Virus record (IMG/VR): IMGVR_UViG_3300030107_003563
Span: 1-53,900 of that record
Length of the DNA: 53,900 nucleotides
From: a virus
Lineage: Duplodnaviria > Caudoviricetes
Strand: one strand, 5' to 3'
Part shown: positions 25,131-35,327 of the stretch, piece by piece
Numbering within the stretch: the stretch's first letter is position 1
How the letters are laid out: every line of letters begins with the position of its first letter
Position numbers and translations under genes: made by a program
The notes under the pieces: model-generated
Seen by the model: only the letters and a program-made list of their open reading frames with translations
Databases searched by the model: none
What the model was told of the DNA's origin: nothing

Positions 25131-26564
25131 ATGGCAATTACAGCAGGATCTCAGACTAGAGCTGCAGCAATACAAGCAGCTACATCTGAAAATTATTTAG
25201 ACATCCAAAATAATGGATGGGCACAGCAGTACTTACCTGACTTGATGGAAAAAGAAGCTGAGGTTTTCGGTAAGAGAACTATATCAGGTTTTTTAGCACA
25301 AGTTTCAGCGGAGGAAGCTATGCAATCAGACCAAGTTATTTGGTCAGAACAAGGTAGATTACATCTTTCATACAAATGTGATATGGTAGACGTTACAGCT
25401 AGTACAATCAATATTACTCATAATATTGATGATGTAGCACAAACAACTACACATGGTATTAGAGTTGGTGATCAAGTATTAATCGCTGGTGGTGGACAAA
25501 CTGTTACAGCTCGTGTAAGCGTTGCTGCAGCTGGTAACCAAACTATTACTGTACAACCTTACGGTTATGAACATATGACAAACGCAGGTTTTGTTAATGG
25601 TGATAACACTTGTACTATACTAGTATTTGGTTCTGAAAACGCAAAAGGAACTAGTTATGTTGGTGGTAGAGCTAATAAGCCTTCTTTCACTACATTTACT
25701 AACAAACCAATTATTTTAAAAGATATGTATGAAGTTTCAGGATCTGATGCTTCTCAAATCGGTTGGGTTGAAGTTTCTGGTGAAGATGGACAAAACGGTT
25801 ACTTATGGTACTTAAAAGCTGAAGGTGATACTAGAGCAAGATTTACTGATTACTTAGAAATGAGTATGATTGAATCTGAGAAAGTTCACGCTGATTCTGC
25901 TATCGCATTACCAACTGATGGTGGCGCTGGTACAGCGGGTACAGAAGGTTTATTCGCGGCTATTACATCTAGAGGTCATCAATCATCTGGTGTTACTGGT
26001 GTTAACGCAGCTACTGATTTAGCAGAATTTGATGCTATTTTAGCTGAGTTTGACAAAAACGGTGCTATCGAAGAAAACATGCTATTTGTAAACAGAGCTA
26101 CTAGTTTAGCAATGGATGACATGTTAGCTTCTATGAATTCTTACGGAGCTGGAGGTACTTCTTATGGAGTATTTGACAACGAAGAAGATATGGCACTTAA
26201 TTTAGGTTTCTCTGGTTTCAGAAGAGGTTCTTATGACTTCTATAAGTCTGACTGGAAATACTTAAATGATTTAGCAACTAGAGGTGGTATTAACGCTGCT
26301 GCTACTGGTGGTGAGGCTATCAGAGGGGTTGTAATCCCAGCTGGTGTATCTTCAGTTTATGATGAGCAATTAGGTAAAAACCTAAAACGTCCATTCTTAC
26401 ACGTTAGATACAGAGCTTCTCAAGCAGAAAGCAGAAAAATGAAAACTTGGGTAACAGGTTCAGTTGGAGCGCTTACTTCTGACTTAGATGCTATGACAGT
26501 CAACTTCTTATCTGAAAGATGTATGGTTGTTCAAGGTGCTAATAACTTCATGTTATTAAACTAA
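25131..26564 (+). CDS. Major capsid protein
   Basis: 477 aa, WSEQGRLH, GTEGLFAAI, FLSERC; strong codon bias; followed by terminator. Confidence 0.85.
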   Translation: MAITAGSQTRAAAIQAATSENYLDIQNNGWAQQYLPDLMEKEAEVFGKRTISGFLAQVSAEEAMQSDQVIWSEQGRLHLSYKCDMVDVTASTINITHNIDDVAQTTTHGIRVGDQVLIAGGGQTVTARVSVAAAGNQTITVQPYGYEHMTNAGFVNGDNTCTILVFGSENAKGTSYVGGRANKPSFTTFTNKPIILKDMYEVSGSDASQIGWVEVSGEDGQNGYLWYLKAEGDTRARFTDYLEMSMIESEKVHADSAIALPTDGGAGTAGTEGLFAAITSRGHQSSGVTGVNAATDLAEFDAILAEFDKNGAIEENMLFVNRATSLAMDDMLASMNSYGAGGTSYGVFDNEEDMALNLGFSGFRRGSYDFYKSDWKYLNDLATRGGINAAATGGEAIRGVVIPAGVSSVYDEQLGKNLKRPFLHVRYRASQAESRKMKTWVTGSVGALTSDLDAMTVNFLSERCMVVQGANNFMLLN

Positions 26565-26579
26565 GCAATTTTTAAAAGA

Positions 26580-26608
26580 CCGGGGCTTCGGCCTCGGCCT
26601 TTTATTTT
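26580..26608 (+). terminator. Rho-independent terminator after MCP
   Basis: CCGGGGC-TTCG-GCCTCGG followed by T-rich tract. Confidence 0.85.
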
Positions 26609-26632
26609 ATTAATTTTATTATATATTATATT

Positions 26633-27460
26633 ATGGCAAAAAAACAAGAAACAAAAACAAAAGTGGAAACAACTCCACCGGTTATAGAGCAACCAAAAGT
26701 TGAAACAAAGGTTATGGAAAAACCATTACCTAAAAAAGATACTTGGGAGATTAAAGATAGAACTTATTTGCTAAAAAACGGACAAAAACCGTTAAGTAAA
26801 TCTATTAAAGCAGCCAATATTTATTGGTTTGACGAAAAATTAGGACACGAAAGAGAACTTAAATATTGCGAAAACCAAAGAACTCCATTTGTAGATGAGA
26901 TGAAAGGAGACCAAAGATTATCACATATTATTTTTAGAGCTGGAGTATTACGGGTACCTAAAAACAAAGTAGTTTTACAGAAATTACTATCTTTATACCA
27001 CCCACATAGAGATAAAATATTTTACGAGTTAAAACCTCAAAAAATAGCGGAGCATCAAGTTAATTTTATAGAAATGGAAATAAAAGCTCTTAACGCGGCT
27101 ATGGAGTTAGATATAGATATGGCTGAAGCAGTTATGAGGGCTGAGATTGGTTCTAAGGTGTCTAAGATGAGTTCTAAGGAGATAAAAAGAGATTTATTAG
27201 TATTTGCTAAAAGAAATCCAATGTTATTCTTAGAGTTAGTTACTGATGAAAATGTAATGCTTAGAAACTTTGGTATTAGAGCTACAGAAATGAACATATT
27301 AAAGTTATCTCAAGACCAAAGAACGTTTACCTGGGGATCTAACGATAGAAAATTATTTACAGTTCCTTTTGATGAACACCCATACTCAGCGTTAGCAGCT
27401 TGGTTTAAAACCGATGAGGGAATGGAGGTTTATTCAAATATTGAAAAAAGATTAAAATAA
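26633..27460 (+). CDS. Hypothetical protein of head/tail module
   Basis: 275-aa ORF immediately after MCP. Confidence 0.75.
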   Translation: MAKKQETKTKVETTPPVIEQPKVETKVMEKPLPKKDTWEIKDRTYLLKNGQKPLSKSIKAANIYWFDEKLGHERELKYCENQRTPFVDEMKGDQRLSHIIFRAGVLRVPKNKVVLQKLLSLYHPHRDKIFYELKPQKIAEHQVNFIEMEIKALNAAMELDIDMAEAVMRAEIGSKVSKMSSKEIKRDLLVFAKRNPMLFLELVTDENVMLRNFGIRATEMNILKLSQDQRTFTWGSNDRKLFTVPFDEHPYSALAAWFKTDEGMEVYSNIEKRLK

Positions 27461-27474
27461 CAATAACAAGTAGA

Positions 27475-27498
27475 GCAACCATCTTAACGGGTGGTTGC
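27475..27498 (+). terminator. Intergenic hairpin (terminator or processing site)
   Basis: GCAACCATC...GGTGGTTGC; no strong U tract. Confidence 0.4.
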
Positions 27499-27517
27499 AA
27501 TACTAAAATCAAATAAT

Positions 27518-27691
27518 ATGAAATCAAAAGGTTTAGGAGACTCAGTAGAAAAATTTACATCAGCCACGGGAATAAAATCTTTTACAAAAATATTGGCCGA
27601 TAATGGAATATTTGGTAAAAAGAAAGATTGTGGTTGTTCAAAAAGAAAGGAAGCTTTAAACAAAGCTTTTCCTTATAAAAATAAAAAATAA
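27518..27691 (+). CDS. Small GLGD/CGC-motif protein
   Basis: MKSKGLGDSVEKFT...DCGCSKRKEALN; ATG 27518 preferred. Confidence 0.7.
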   Translation: MKSKGLGDSVEKFTSATGIKSFTKILADNGIFGKKKDCGCSKRKEALNKAFPYKNKK

Positions 27692-27693
27692 AT

Positions 27694-28422
27694 ATGGCGA
27701 TAAGTGTAGATACAGTATATCAAAGAGTTTTAGCTTTAGCTAACAAAGAACAAAGAGGATACATAACACCTCAAGAATATAATTTGTTAGCAGAGCAAGC
27801 TCAATTATTAATATTTGAACAATACTTCCATGATATTGATAGATATTTAGAGGCTCACGGTAATAGTGGTGAGTATAGTGATAAAATAGACATTCTACAC
27901 GAAAAAATAGCCCCATTTGAACAATGGAAAGTAGCTATGTCAGCTGTAAGTGGTAACGAGGCCACTCTTCCAACAAGTACAGCTGTTCATAAATTAGGTA
28001 CAGTTTTTTATGCCGCTGGTACTTTTGATGTTGAAGTAGAACGTGTAGAGAAGAATGACTTACATTATTTAGAAAGAACCGCTTTAGCCGCGCCAACAGA
28101 CGATAGACCTGTTTATGTTAGAAAAACAGAAGCAATTGTTAAATTGTTTCCATCGTCACCAACAGTTGCTTACACTACTAGTAATGTAACTTGTAACTAT
28201 ATAGCAAAACCCGCGACTCCAGTTTGGGGTTATACGGTTGTAAATAATCAAGCTTTATATAATGCAGGATCATCTACTGATTTTGAGTTACAAGGTTCAG
28301 AGGAAGCTGAATTAGTATATAAAATACTAGAGCTAGCAGGAGTAACGTTAAACAAACCAGGTTTAACACAATTAGCAGCAAACGAAGATAATACTATAAC
28401 ACAATTAAAAAACATGCAATAG
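27694..28422 (+). CDS. Putative tail tubular/ring (adaptor) protein
   Basis: ANKEQRGYITPQEYN N-terminus and position before muzzle gene. Confidence 0.65.
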   Translation: MAISVDTVYQRVLALANKEQRGYITPQEYNLLAEQAQLLIFEQYFHDIDRYLEAHGNSGEYSDKIDILHEKIAPFEQWKVAMSAVSGNEATLPTSTAVHKLGTVFYAAGTFDVEVERVEKNDLHYLERTALAAPTDDRPVYVRKTEAIVKLFPSSPTVAYTTSNVTCNYIAKPATPVWGYTVVNNQALYNAGSSTDFELQGSEEAELVYKILELAGVTLNKPGLTQLAANEDNTITQLKNMQ

Positions 28423-29292
28423 ATGGGATTAATAACACAAACAGGACAAGCATATTATACTGGTAGTAGTTTTGGAGATTATCAATTTACATCTTTAGAG
28501 CATATTATTAATCAATTTATAATTGCTTACGTAGGTGAAGATAAAATAATATCAAAAATAAGAAGAACAGACGTGGCTTTTCACGCTCAAAGAGCTTTGC
28601 AAGAACTATCGTTTGATACGTTTAAATCTACTAAGTCTCAAGAAATAACATTACCATCATCTTTAACAATGAAATTACCACAAGATTATGTTAATTATGT
28701 TAAAATTTCATGGAGTGATTCTAAAGGTGTTAAGCACGTAATACAACCTACATCAAAAACATCTAACCCAACAGACGTTGGTCAAGACGCTAATAACGAT
28801 TATACGTTTTCTACAAACGAATTAGTTACTGATACATCTTCAGAAACTTGGGAGAGCTACCAAGGTTTAACGCCAGTTTTGTTTGATGATGACGATTATG
28901 ACGATGATATATACGGCGCTTTGGTGGGACAAAGATATGGTATAGACCCAGAGCACTCACAGATAAACGGTACTTTTTATATGGATCCTAATACTGGTTT
29001 GATACACTTTAGTTCAAATTTAGCTGGAAAAACTATAGTATTAGATTATATAAGCGACAGTCTTGGTACTGATGCTGAAATGAAAGTTCATAAGTTTGCT
29101 GAAGAAGCTATGTACAAACATATTGCTTATGCTATATTATCAACGAGAGCTAACGTTCAAGAATATATAGTGCAAAGATTTAAAAGAGAAAGATTTGCTG
29201 AAACAAGAAAGGCAAAATTAAGGCTTTCAAATATTAAACTAGAAGAAATAACTCAAATTTTAAGAGGTAAATCAAAACACATTAAACACTAG
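28423..29292 (+). CDS. Putative tail ring protein
   Basis: LPQDYVNYVKISW motif; position. Confidence 0.65.
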   Translation: MGLITQTGQAYYTGSSFGDYQFTSLEHIINQFIIAYVGEDKIISKIRRTDVAFHAQRALQELSFDTFKSTKSQEITLPSSLTMKLPQDYVNYVKISWSDSKGVKHVIQPTSKTSNPTDVGQDANNDYTFSTNELVTDTSSETWESYQGLTPVLFDDDDYDDDIYGALVGQRYGIDPEHSQINGTFYMDPNTGLIHFSSNLAGKTIVLDYISDSLGTDAEMKVHKFAEEAMYKHIAYAILSTRANVQEYIVQRFKRERFAETRKAKLRLSNIKLEEITQILRGKSKHIKH

Positions 29293-29295
29293 TAT

Positions 29296-32200
29296 ATGCC
29301 AGAGTTAAATCATAATTTTACACAAGGTCGAATGAATAAAGACCTTGACGAAAGAATGGTACCTAATGGTGAGTATAGAGATGCGATGAATATCGAAATC
29401 TCAACATCAGAAGGTTCAGATGTAGGTGCTGTACAAACTTTAAAAGGTAACACAGCTGTAACAAGTTTATTTGGTGAAAACGCTACTTGTGTTGGTAGTA
29501 TAGTAGATGAAAGTAAAAATAAATTATATTGGTTTATTTCTGCACCAGACAAAAATACAGCTGCTAGTACCACTTATTCTCACGCGGAGCAAGATAGTTC
29601 TGGCACTGTTAGCGTGGTACATGATATATACTCTGATTATATTATGGAGTATGACGAGGTCAACGACGAATTAAGCTATGTTGTGGTTGAGCATTATAAA
29701 ATAGAAACAACAATATCTAATGACGCTCACGGTGATGGTGATCATTTACATGTAACTGATTTAAACAAAGGTAACGATATTAGATACATAGGCATACAAG
29801 TAGGTATGGATGTTTATATAAACAACATGAAAACATCTATTACAAAAATAGAGTATGACGCGGCCCCATGGAACGGTTGGAGAGTGTATACCGAACACGA
29901 TGCTACTGATAATGGTTATGGTGGTTTATCTAGTGTCTCCGCTGGCACAAGCGTAGTTTTTGAATTACCACCTGAAAAAAGAGCTTTAGGTTTTTCTCGT
30001 TTTGCCTCTGTAAGACCAAAAAAATTAATAACAGGAATTAATATTATTGACAATCTTTTGTTTTGGACAGATAATCTTACTGAACCAAAGAAAATTAATA
30101 TTGATAGATGTAAAGTTGGTAGCCAACAACCGGTTTCAAAACAAATAGCTTTATTTACTTTAAGTTATAATATACAACAAAACAATCCCCACACTTGGGG
30201 TACTAATCTATTTCCAACGCTTTTAATCGTAAACGGTGGAATCCCAAGTTTTTCTAACGGTAGATTAGCAAGTATGTCTGTAGAAGACTCAGTACTGTCA
30301 TATCCCTTTTTTACTTATCGAAATGCTACTGTTATCAGGTACTCGCCAACACGGCCTTTAGCGTTAACTATGTCTAATTCAACTCAAGATCCTCAACAAC
30401 CTTTAGACGGTATGGTTATAGTAGAATCTTCAGTTATGCTTCCTGGTGGTAATAATAACGGTAGTAGTGATTTTTTCTACGATCAAAACGGGTCTAGATT
30501 AGCGTATGATGATACAACGCCTTCGCTTACTTTTAATCAAAATATGGATTGGGAAGTTGGTGACATTATTGAGTTTATACCAAATGATGATGAGGCTGGT
30601 TTTAGCAATGAAACTTTAGTTACCGCTAGTGTTGCTTCTATTGTAAATGGAATTACATTTACTTTTAAAATAATATCAATATCTCGTAGTATATCAAAAA
30701 CATTTGTTTCGTTTAAAGCTAAACTTCAACAAGGTGACCCTTTGTTTGAATTTAAATTTCCTAGATTTGCTTATAGATGGAAGTATGAAGATGGTGAATA
30801 TTCTACTTATTCTCCTTTTTCTGAAGTAGCCTTTCTTCCGTCTAATTTTGATTATATGCCTAAAAAGGGTTATAACGTTGGCATGACAAACAACTTAAGG
30901 TACTTAGTACTTTCTGGTTTTAAACCGTACGATACGCCTTTAGATGTTGTTGAAATAGATATTTTATATAAAGAATCTAGCTCACCAAACGTATATACTG
31001 TTGAAACTATAAAATCACCTAGCTATAGAAATGAAACATTAGAAACTTATCAGCACGGAGGTGATATTGGTTGGTTTGGTAAAATAGTAAAAAATAACGT
31101 AGAAGTTGAAGCGCCTAACACATTATCTACAGATACTTATGTAGTATCATCTACTTCTTGGGGTTTTGATGATGAAACTGGGCAGCTGTTAGATGTTTTT
31201 ACCTCTAGTAGTGGTGTAGATTTTATAGCGCTAAATCACTCTATGGAGGAGATAAATATAAAAATAGGTGATGTAATTGTGTTTACAGATGGACAAACAG
31301 GTTTAAATGCAGATGTAAAAATAGCAAATATACATAATAAGTTAGTAGACGGTAAATATTTTACATATATAGCCTTAACTCATAACGGTGTTGCGGTTGA
31401 TGTGTCAAATATGATCACTACAAATTGGTTGTATACTAACGCTACTTTTGTTGATCCAGATGGAACCCTAAATAGTGGTGATGAATACTGGGGTAACGAA
31501 ACAAACACTTTTAACTTTACAAGATCTAAGGCCGTAAAACCAGCTATATACGTTGATGATCCACAGGGTTCATTACAAATCACAACAGATATGATTCATG
31601 CTGCTCTACCGGCAAATCAACTATTACGACCATGGGATAATGTACCTAGAAAAGCATTAGCACAAGAAATAACCGGTAATAGACTAGTATATGGTAATTA
31701 TTTGCAAAACTACAATCTACAAGGTAAAGATAATAAAATTGTAAACTCTAAATTTAAAGTTTCAATTAATAAAAGAAGAAATATTAGAAGCAATGTACAA
31801 TACGACGACAGGACATCGTTGAGACATCCTTTAACAGGTGCTACCGTAGACTGGTGGGATGCGGCAAATAACATACAAGTTATTCCAGCGAATCCGGAAA
31901 GATCGCTGAAATCTTTAAGAGATTACCAAGTGGGCGTTGTGTATTCTGACGAGTTTGGTAGACAAACACCGGTGCAAGCAGATGATTCAGGTGTTATAAG
32001 AATAAAAAAAGCATTAGCCGACGATTATAATGGTTTAACTATTAGATTGGAAAACGGAGAATACCCTGATTGGGCCACTCATTTTAGATATTACATAAAA
32101 GAAAATTCAAACGAGTATTATAATTTAGCAATGGACCGTTTTTATCCTGCTGAAGATGGTAATGCTTGGATTAGTTTTCCTTCTTCTGAAAGAAATAAAG

Positions 32201-35200
32201 TAGACGAAGAAACCTTTTTAATACTTAAAAAACAACATGATGCTGATGTTTTTGTTAAAGATGACGCTAGATACAAGATACTAGCTATAGAAAATGAAGC
32301 TCCTGACTATGTAAAATTAAAGTTTGATACGTTTGGTGTTAAGAATCTAACCTTTCATACTAGTGGTGAGCCAAAAGAATTTCAGCAACATGTAACAGTT
32401 CCATCTGGTCACTTTGCTTCTGGAGCGCCTTTTGCAAAAACTTTAACAGAAAACAACTTAGTAATAAGAATAGGTGATACAACAAATTTATCCAAATGGT
32501 ATAACGTATCCAGTATAATTGACGATACATCTGGGTATAAAAAAATTATACTAAGAAGTCCTTTTAAAAGTGATATAACTTTTACCACTGATGATGGTCT
32601 TCCTACAGGTGATATGAATCCTAATTTAAAAATAGAAATAGCGAAAAAAGAGATGAAAAACCTACCTGAATTTGCTGGTAGATTTTTTGTCAAAATACAA
32701 AAAGACGGCTTGTTTGAAAAACATATATCATCTAGGGCTCCTGAGAAAAGATATATAACTACAGATATGTTAAAGTTGAAAAATATGAAATCCACGTATG
32801 ATGTAGGCGAAGATCAATTAACTAGAGATTTTTGGAGAGAATCAGACTCAGGACTCGGCCTTCAGAAACAGTTTTTTATAGACTGGATAGCTGCTGAAGG
32901 ATGCCACGTGAAAAGCGGGGCACCAAATGGTTTTGAAAATGGAAAAGGTAAACAAAATATTACATATAATAACAAACCAGCTTCAACTTTAGATATAGCC
33001 TACCACTGGTTTAATAGCGACATGGGTAAAGATGTACCTTGGAATTTACCTAGTAGTAGTGACTCTGGCGTAAAAGAATATGATAAAAAAATAGACCGTA
33101 TATTAAGAACAGCTGGAACATTATTTAGATGGAGAGGAGATACTACGACTTATAGAATAGAAGCAACAAGAGGTGGTCATGCTGTTGAAAACTATGTTGC
33201 AAAAAGTGGTTCCATGTACTATGAAGATGCTTCAAATCATAGATACAAATGGAGAGTTACAGTAACACCTAGAATAGGTAGCACGGATAAAGACGCTTTG
33301 GGCGTAGATGGTACTGGTTATAATCCTTTTAGTAATAATGCGGAAGGAACAACTGGAGGTAATCTTAATGATGTAACTTATAATAGTAGTTGGCATAATT
33401 ATGACGGTGACAACACTGGATCAAGACATAGGTCAATCGAATTTTTAGATGAGTTTACTTCAGATGGTACATATACTAGTGATAATCCGGCTATATGGGA
33501 AACAGAACCCAAAGAAGACATAGATTTAGATATTTACAATGAAGCTAGTAGATCATATCCTATTGACTTAGAGTTTAATGTTTATAAGAATAGATTTGAT
33601 AACGTAGCCTTCTTTAATAGATATAACCCAATTAAATATTACAACTGTTTTTCTTTTGGAAATGGCGTAGAATCAAACAGAATAAGAGATGATTTTAACG
33701 CTGTTACTATTGATAAGGGCCCTAAAGCTTCTACTGTTTTAGCAGAACAATACAAAGAGGAACGTAGAAAATCAGGTTTAATACACTCTGGCATATATAA
33801 TTCAACTAGCGGTATTAATAGGTTAAATCAGTTTATACAAGCAGAACCAATAACTAAAGATTTAAACCCAACTTATGGTAGTATACAGAAACTTTGGTCA
33901 AAAGATACAAATTTAACAGCTTTTTGTGAGGATAGAGTTTTAAAAGTAGCAGCTAATAAAGATATATTATATAATGCTGACGGTAACCCACAGGTTATAG
34001 CATCAAGCAAAGTTTTAGGTAACGCACAACCCGCTGGTGGTGATTTTGGTATATCTACAGATCCAGAATCATTTGCTTCGGATCAATATAGAGCATATTT
34101 TACTGATAGATCTAGAGGCGCGGTTATGAGAATGTCTCAAAACGGTTTGTCACCTATATCAGAATCTGGTATGAAGACTTGGTTTAAAGACGTTTTAAAA
34201 ACAAATGATACCACTTTAATTGGTAGTTATGATGACAGAAAAGGTCTTTATAATTTAACATTAGAGCAAAATGCTAGTGGTTTGGAATCATCACTTTCAA
34301 TAAACACGCCTTTAGGTACTGTTGGTTATGAGTATGGTATAACGGGTAACCAAGGTTTAGGGTTAACGCCTGGCACGGTTCAAGCTTATGATTGGGTTGC
34401 ATTTAATTCCGCTGGTACTATAGAATATGATGCTGCAGATATTACCCACATAGAAGTATCTACACATGACTATAATCAAACAGATGTTTCAACATGGTTA
34501 GAGGCGCTAAGAACAAGCGTAAACGCTGGTAACAGTCACAACTTATCTATAGCGCCAAACAACTTTGGTGGTGGTGGTATATCACCTGGCTCTGAAGCTG
34601 TATATACAGTAACCGCCGTTAATGCAGCTGCAACAAGTACAAATGGTGGTAGTTATTATAGAATAACATTAAACTGGGATTTCGGTGTATTTAATCTACA
34701 TGCACACGCTGCTAAAATAAGCTATTACGATAAGCCATCTGCTTCTGATGGTGATTCTGCCTCAACAATAATTCCATACACTATAAGTTTTTCTGAACAA
34801 TCTAAAGGTTGGACTAGTTTTAAATCTTGGATTCAAGAAACTGGTATTAGTTTAAATGATAAGTACTTTACATTTAAAGGAGGTGAATTATATGAACACC
34901 ACACTAACGAAACTAGAAACACTTTTTACGGATTAAATTCTGTTGATTCTACTTTATGTTTATTATTTAACGAAATGCCAAGCAGTGTTAAAAACTTTTC
35001 ATCTTTAAGTTACGAAGGAAGTCAATCTAGAATAATAGAAAACACTACAGATGGAGAATACTATAACAATACTAGTGTTGATGGTTGGTGGGCAGAATCT
35101 ATAGAAACAGATCTAGAAAAAGGATTTATTCCAGAGTTTAGAGACAAAGAAGGTAAATGGTTTAATTTTATAAAAGGTAACGAAGAAAATACTTTAGCTA

Positions 35201-35322
35201 ACCTTAATGTAAAGCAATTTTCAGTACAAGGCATTGGAACACCTACAACTGTAGCTACAACAATAGTAACACCACTACCTCAATACAAACTTACAATTCA
35301 CGATACAGGTGATCAAGATTAA
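29296..35322 (+). CDS. Tail stabilization/muzzle protein (P22 gp10/crAss-like)
   Basis: GRMNKDLDERMVPNGEYRDAMNI, LFWTDNLTEPKKIN, GNRLVYGNY, KGWTSFKS, KEGKWFNFI. Confidence 0.8.
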   Translation: MPELNHNFTQGRMNKDLDERMVPNGEYRDAMNIEISTSEGSDVGAVQTLKGNTAVTSLFGENATCVGSIVDESKNKLYWFISAPDKNTAASTTYSHAEQDSSGTVSVVHDIYSDYIMEYDEVNDELSYVVVEHYKIETTISNDAHGDGDHLHVTDLNKGNDIRYIGIQVGMDVYINNMKTSITKIEYDAAPWNGWRVYTEHDATDNGYGGLSSVSAGTSVVFELPPEKRALGFSRFASVRPKKLITGINIIDNLLFWTDNLTEPKKINIDRCKVGSQQPVSKQIALFTLSYNIQQNNPHTWGTNLFPTLLIVNGGIPSFSNGRLASMSVEDSVLSYPFFTYRNATVIRYSPTRPLALTMSNSTQDPQQPLDGMVIVESSVMLPGGNNNGSSDFFYDQNGSRLAYDDTTPSLTFNQNMDWEVGDIIEFIPNDDEAGFSNETLVTASVASIVNGITFTFKIISISRSISKTFVSFKAKLQQGDPLFEFKFPRFAYRWKYEDGEYSTYSPFSEVAFLPSNFDYMPKKGYNVGMTNNLRYLVLSGFKPYDTPLDVVEIDILYKESSSPNVYTVETIKSPSYRNETLETYQHGGDIGWFGKIVKNNVEVEAPNTLSTDTYVVSSTSWGFDDETGQLLDVFTSSSGVDFIALNHSMEEINIKIGDVIVFTDGQTGLNADVKIANIHNKLVDGKYFTYIALTHNGVAVDVSNMITTNWLYTNATFVDPDGTLNSGDEYWGNETNTFNFTRSKAVKPAIYVDDPQGSLQITTDMIHAALPANQLLRPWDNVPRKALAQEITGNRLVYGNYLQNYNLQGKDNKIVNSKFKVSINKRRNIRSNVQYDDRTSLRHPLTGATVDWWDAANNIQVIPANPERSLKSLRDYQVGVVYSDEFGRQTPVQADDSGVIRIKKALADDYNGLTIRLENGEYPDWATHFRYYIKENSNEYYNLAMDRFYPAEDGNAWISFPSSERNKVDEETFLILKKQHDADVFVKDDARYKILAIENEAPDYVKLKFDTFGVKNLTFHTSGEPKEFQQHVTVPSGHFASGAPFAKTLTENNLVIRIGDTTNLSKWYNVSSIIDDTSGYKKIILRSPFKSDITFTTDDGLPTGDMNPNLKIEIAKKEMKNLPEFAGRFFVKIQKDGLFEKHISSRAPEKRYITTDMLKLKNMKSTYDVGEDQLTRDFWRESDSGLGLQKQFFIDWIAAEGCHVKSGAPNGFENGKGKQNITYNNKPASTLDIAYHWFNSDMGKDVPWNLPSSSDSGVKEYDKKIDRILRTAGTLFRWRGDTTTYRIEATRGGHAVENYVAKSGSMYYEDASNHRYKWRVTVTPRIGSTDKDALGVDGTGYNPFSNNAEGTTGGNLNDVTYNSSWHNYDGDNTGSRHRSIEFLDEFTSDGTYTSDNPAIWETEPKEDIDLDIYNEASRSYPIDLEFNVYKNRFDNVAFFNRYNPIKYYNCFSFGNGVESNRIRDDFNAVTIDKGPKASTVLAEQYKEERRKSGLIHSGIYNSTSGINRLNQFIQAEPITKDLNPTYGSIQKLWSKDTNLTAFCEDRVLKVAANKDILYNADGNPQVIASSKVLGNAQPAGGDFGISTDPESFASDQYRAYFTDRSRGAVMRMSQNGLSPISESGMKTWFKDVLKTNDTTLIGSYDDRKGLYNLTLEQNASGLESSLSINTPLGTVGYEYGITGNQGLGLTPGTVQAYDWVAFNSAGTIEYDAADITHIEVSTHDYNQTDVSTWLEALRTSVNAGNSHNLSIAPNNFGGGGISPGSEAVYTVTAVNAAATSTNGGSYYRITLNWDFGVFNLHAHAAKISYYDKPSASDGDSASTIIPYTISFSEQSKGWTSFKSWIQETGISLNDKYFTFKGGELYEHHTNETRNTFYGLNSVDSTLCLLFNEMPSSVKNFSSLSYEGSQSRIIENTTDGEYYNNTSVDGWWAESIETDLEKGFIPEFRDKEGKWFNFIKGNEENTLANLNVKQFSVQGIGTPTTVATTIVTPLPQYKLTIHDTGDQD

Positions 35323-35327
35323 TAAAT

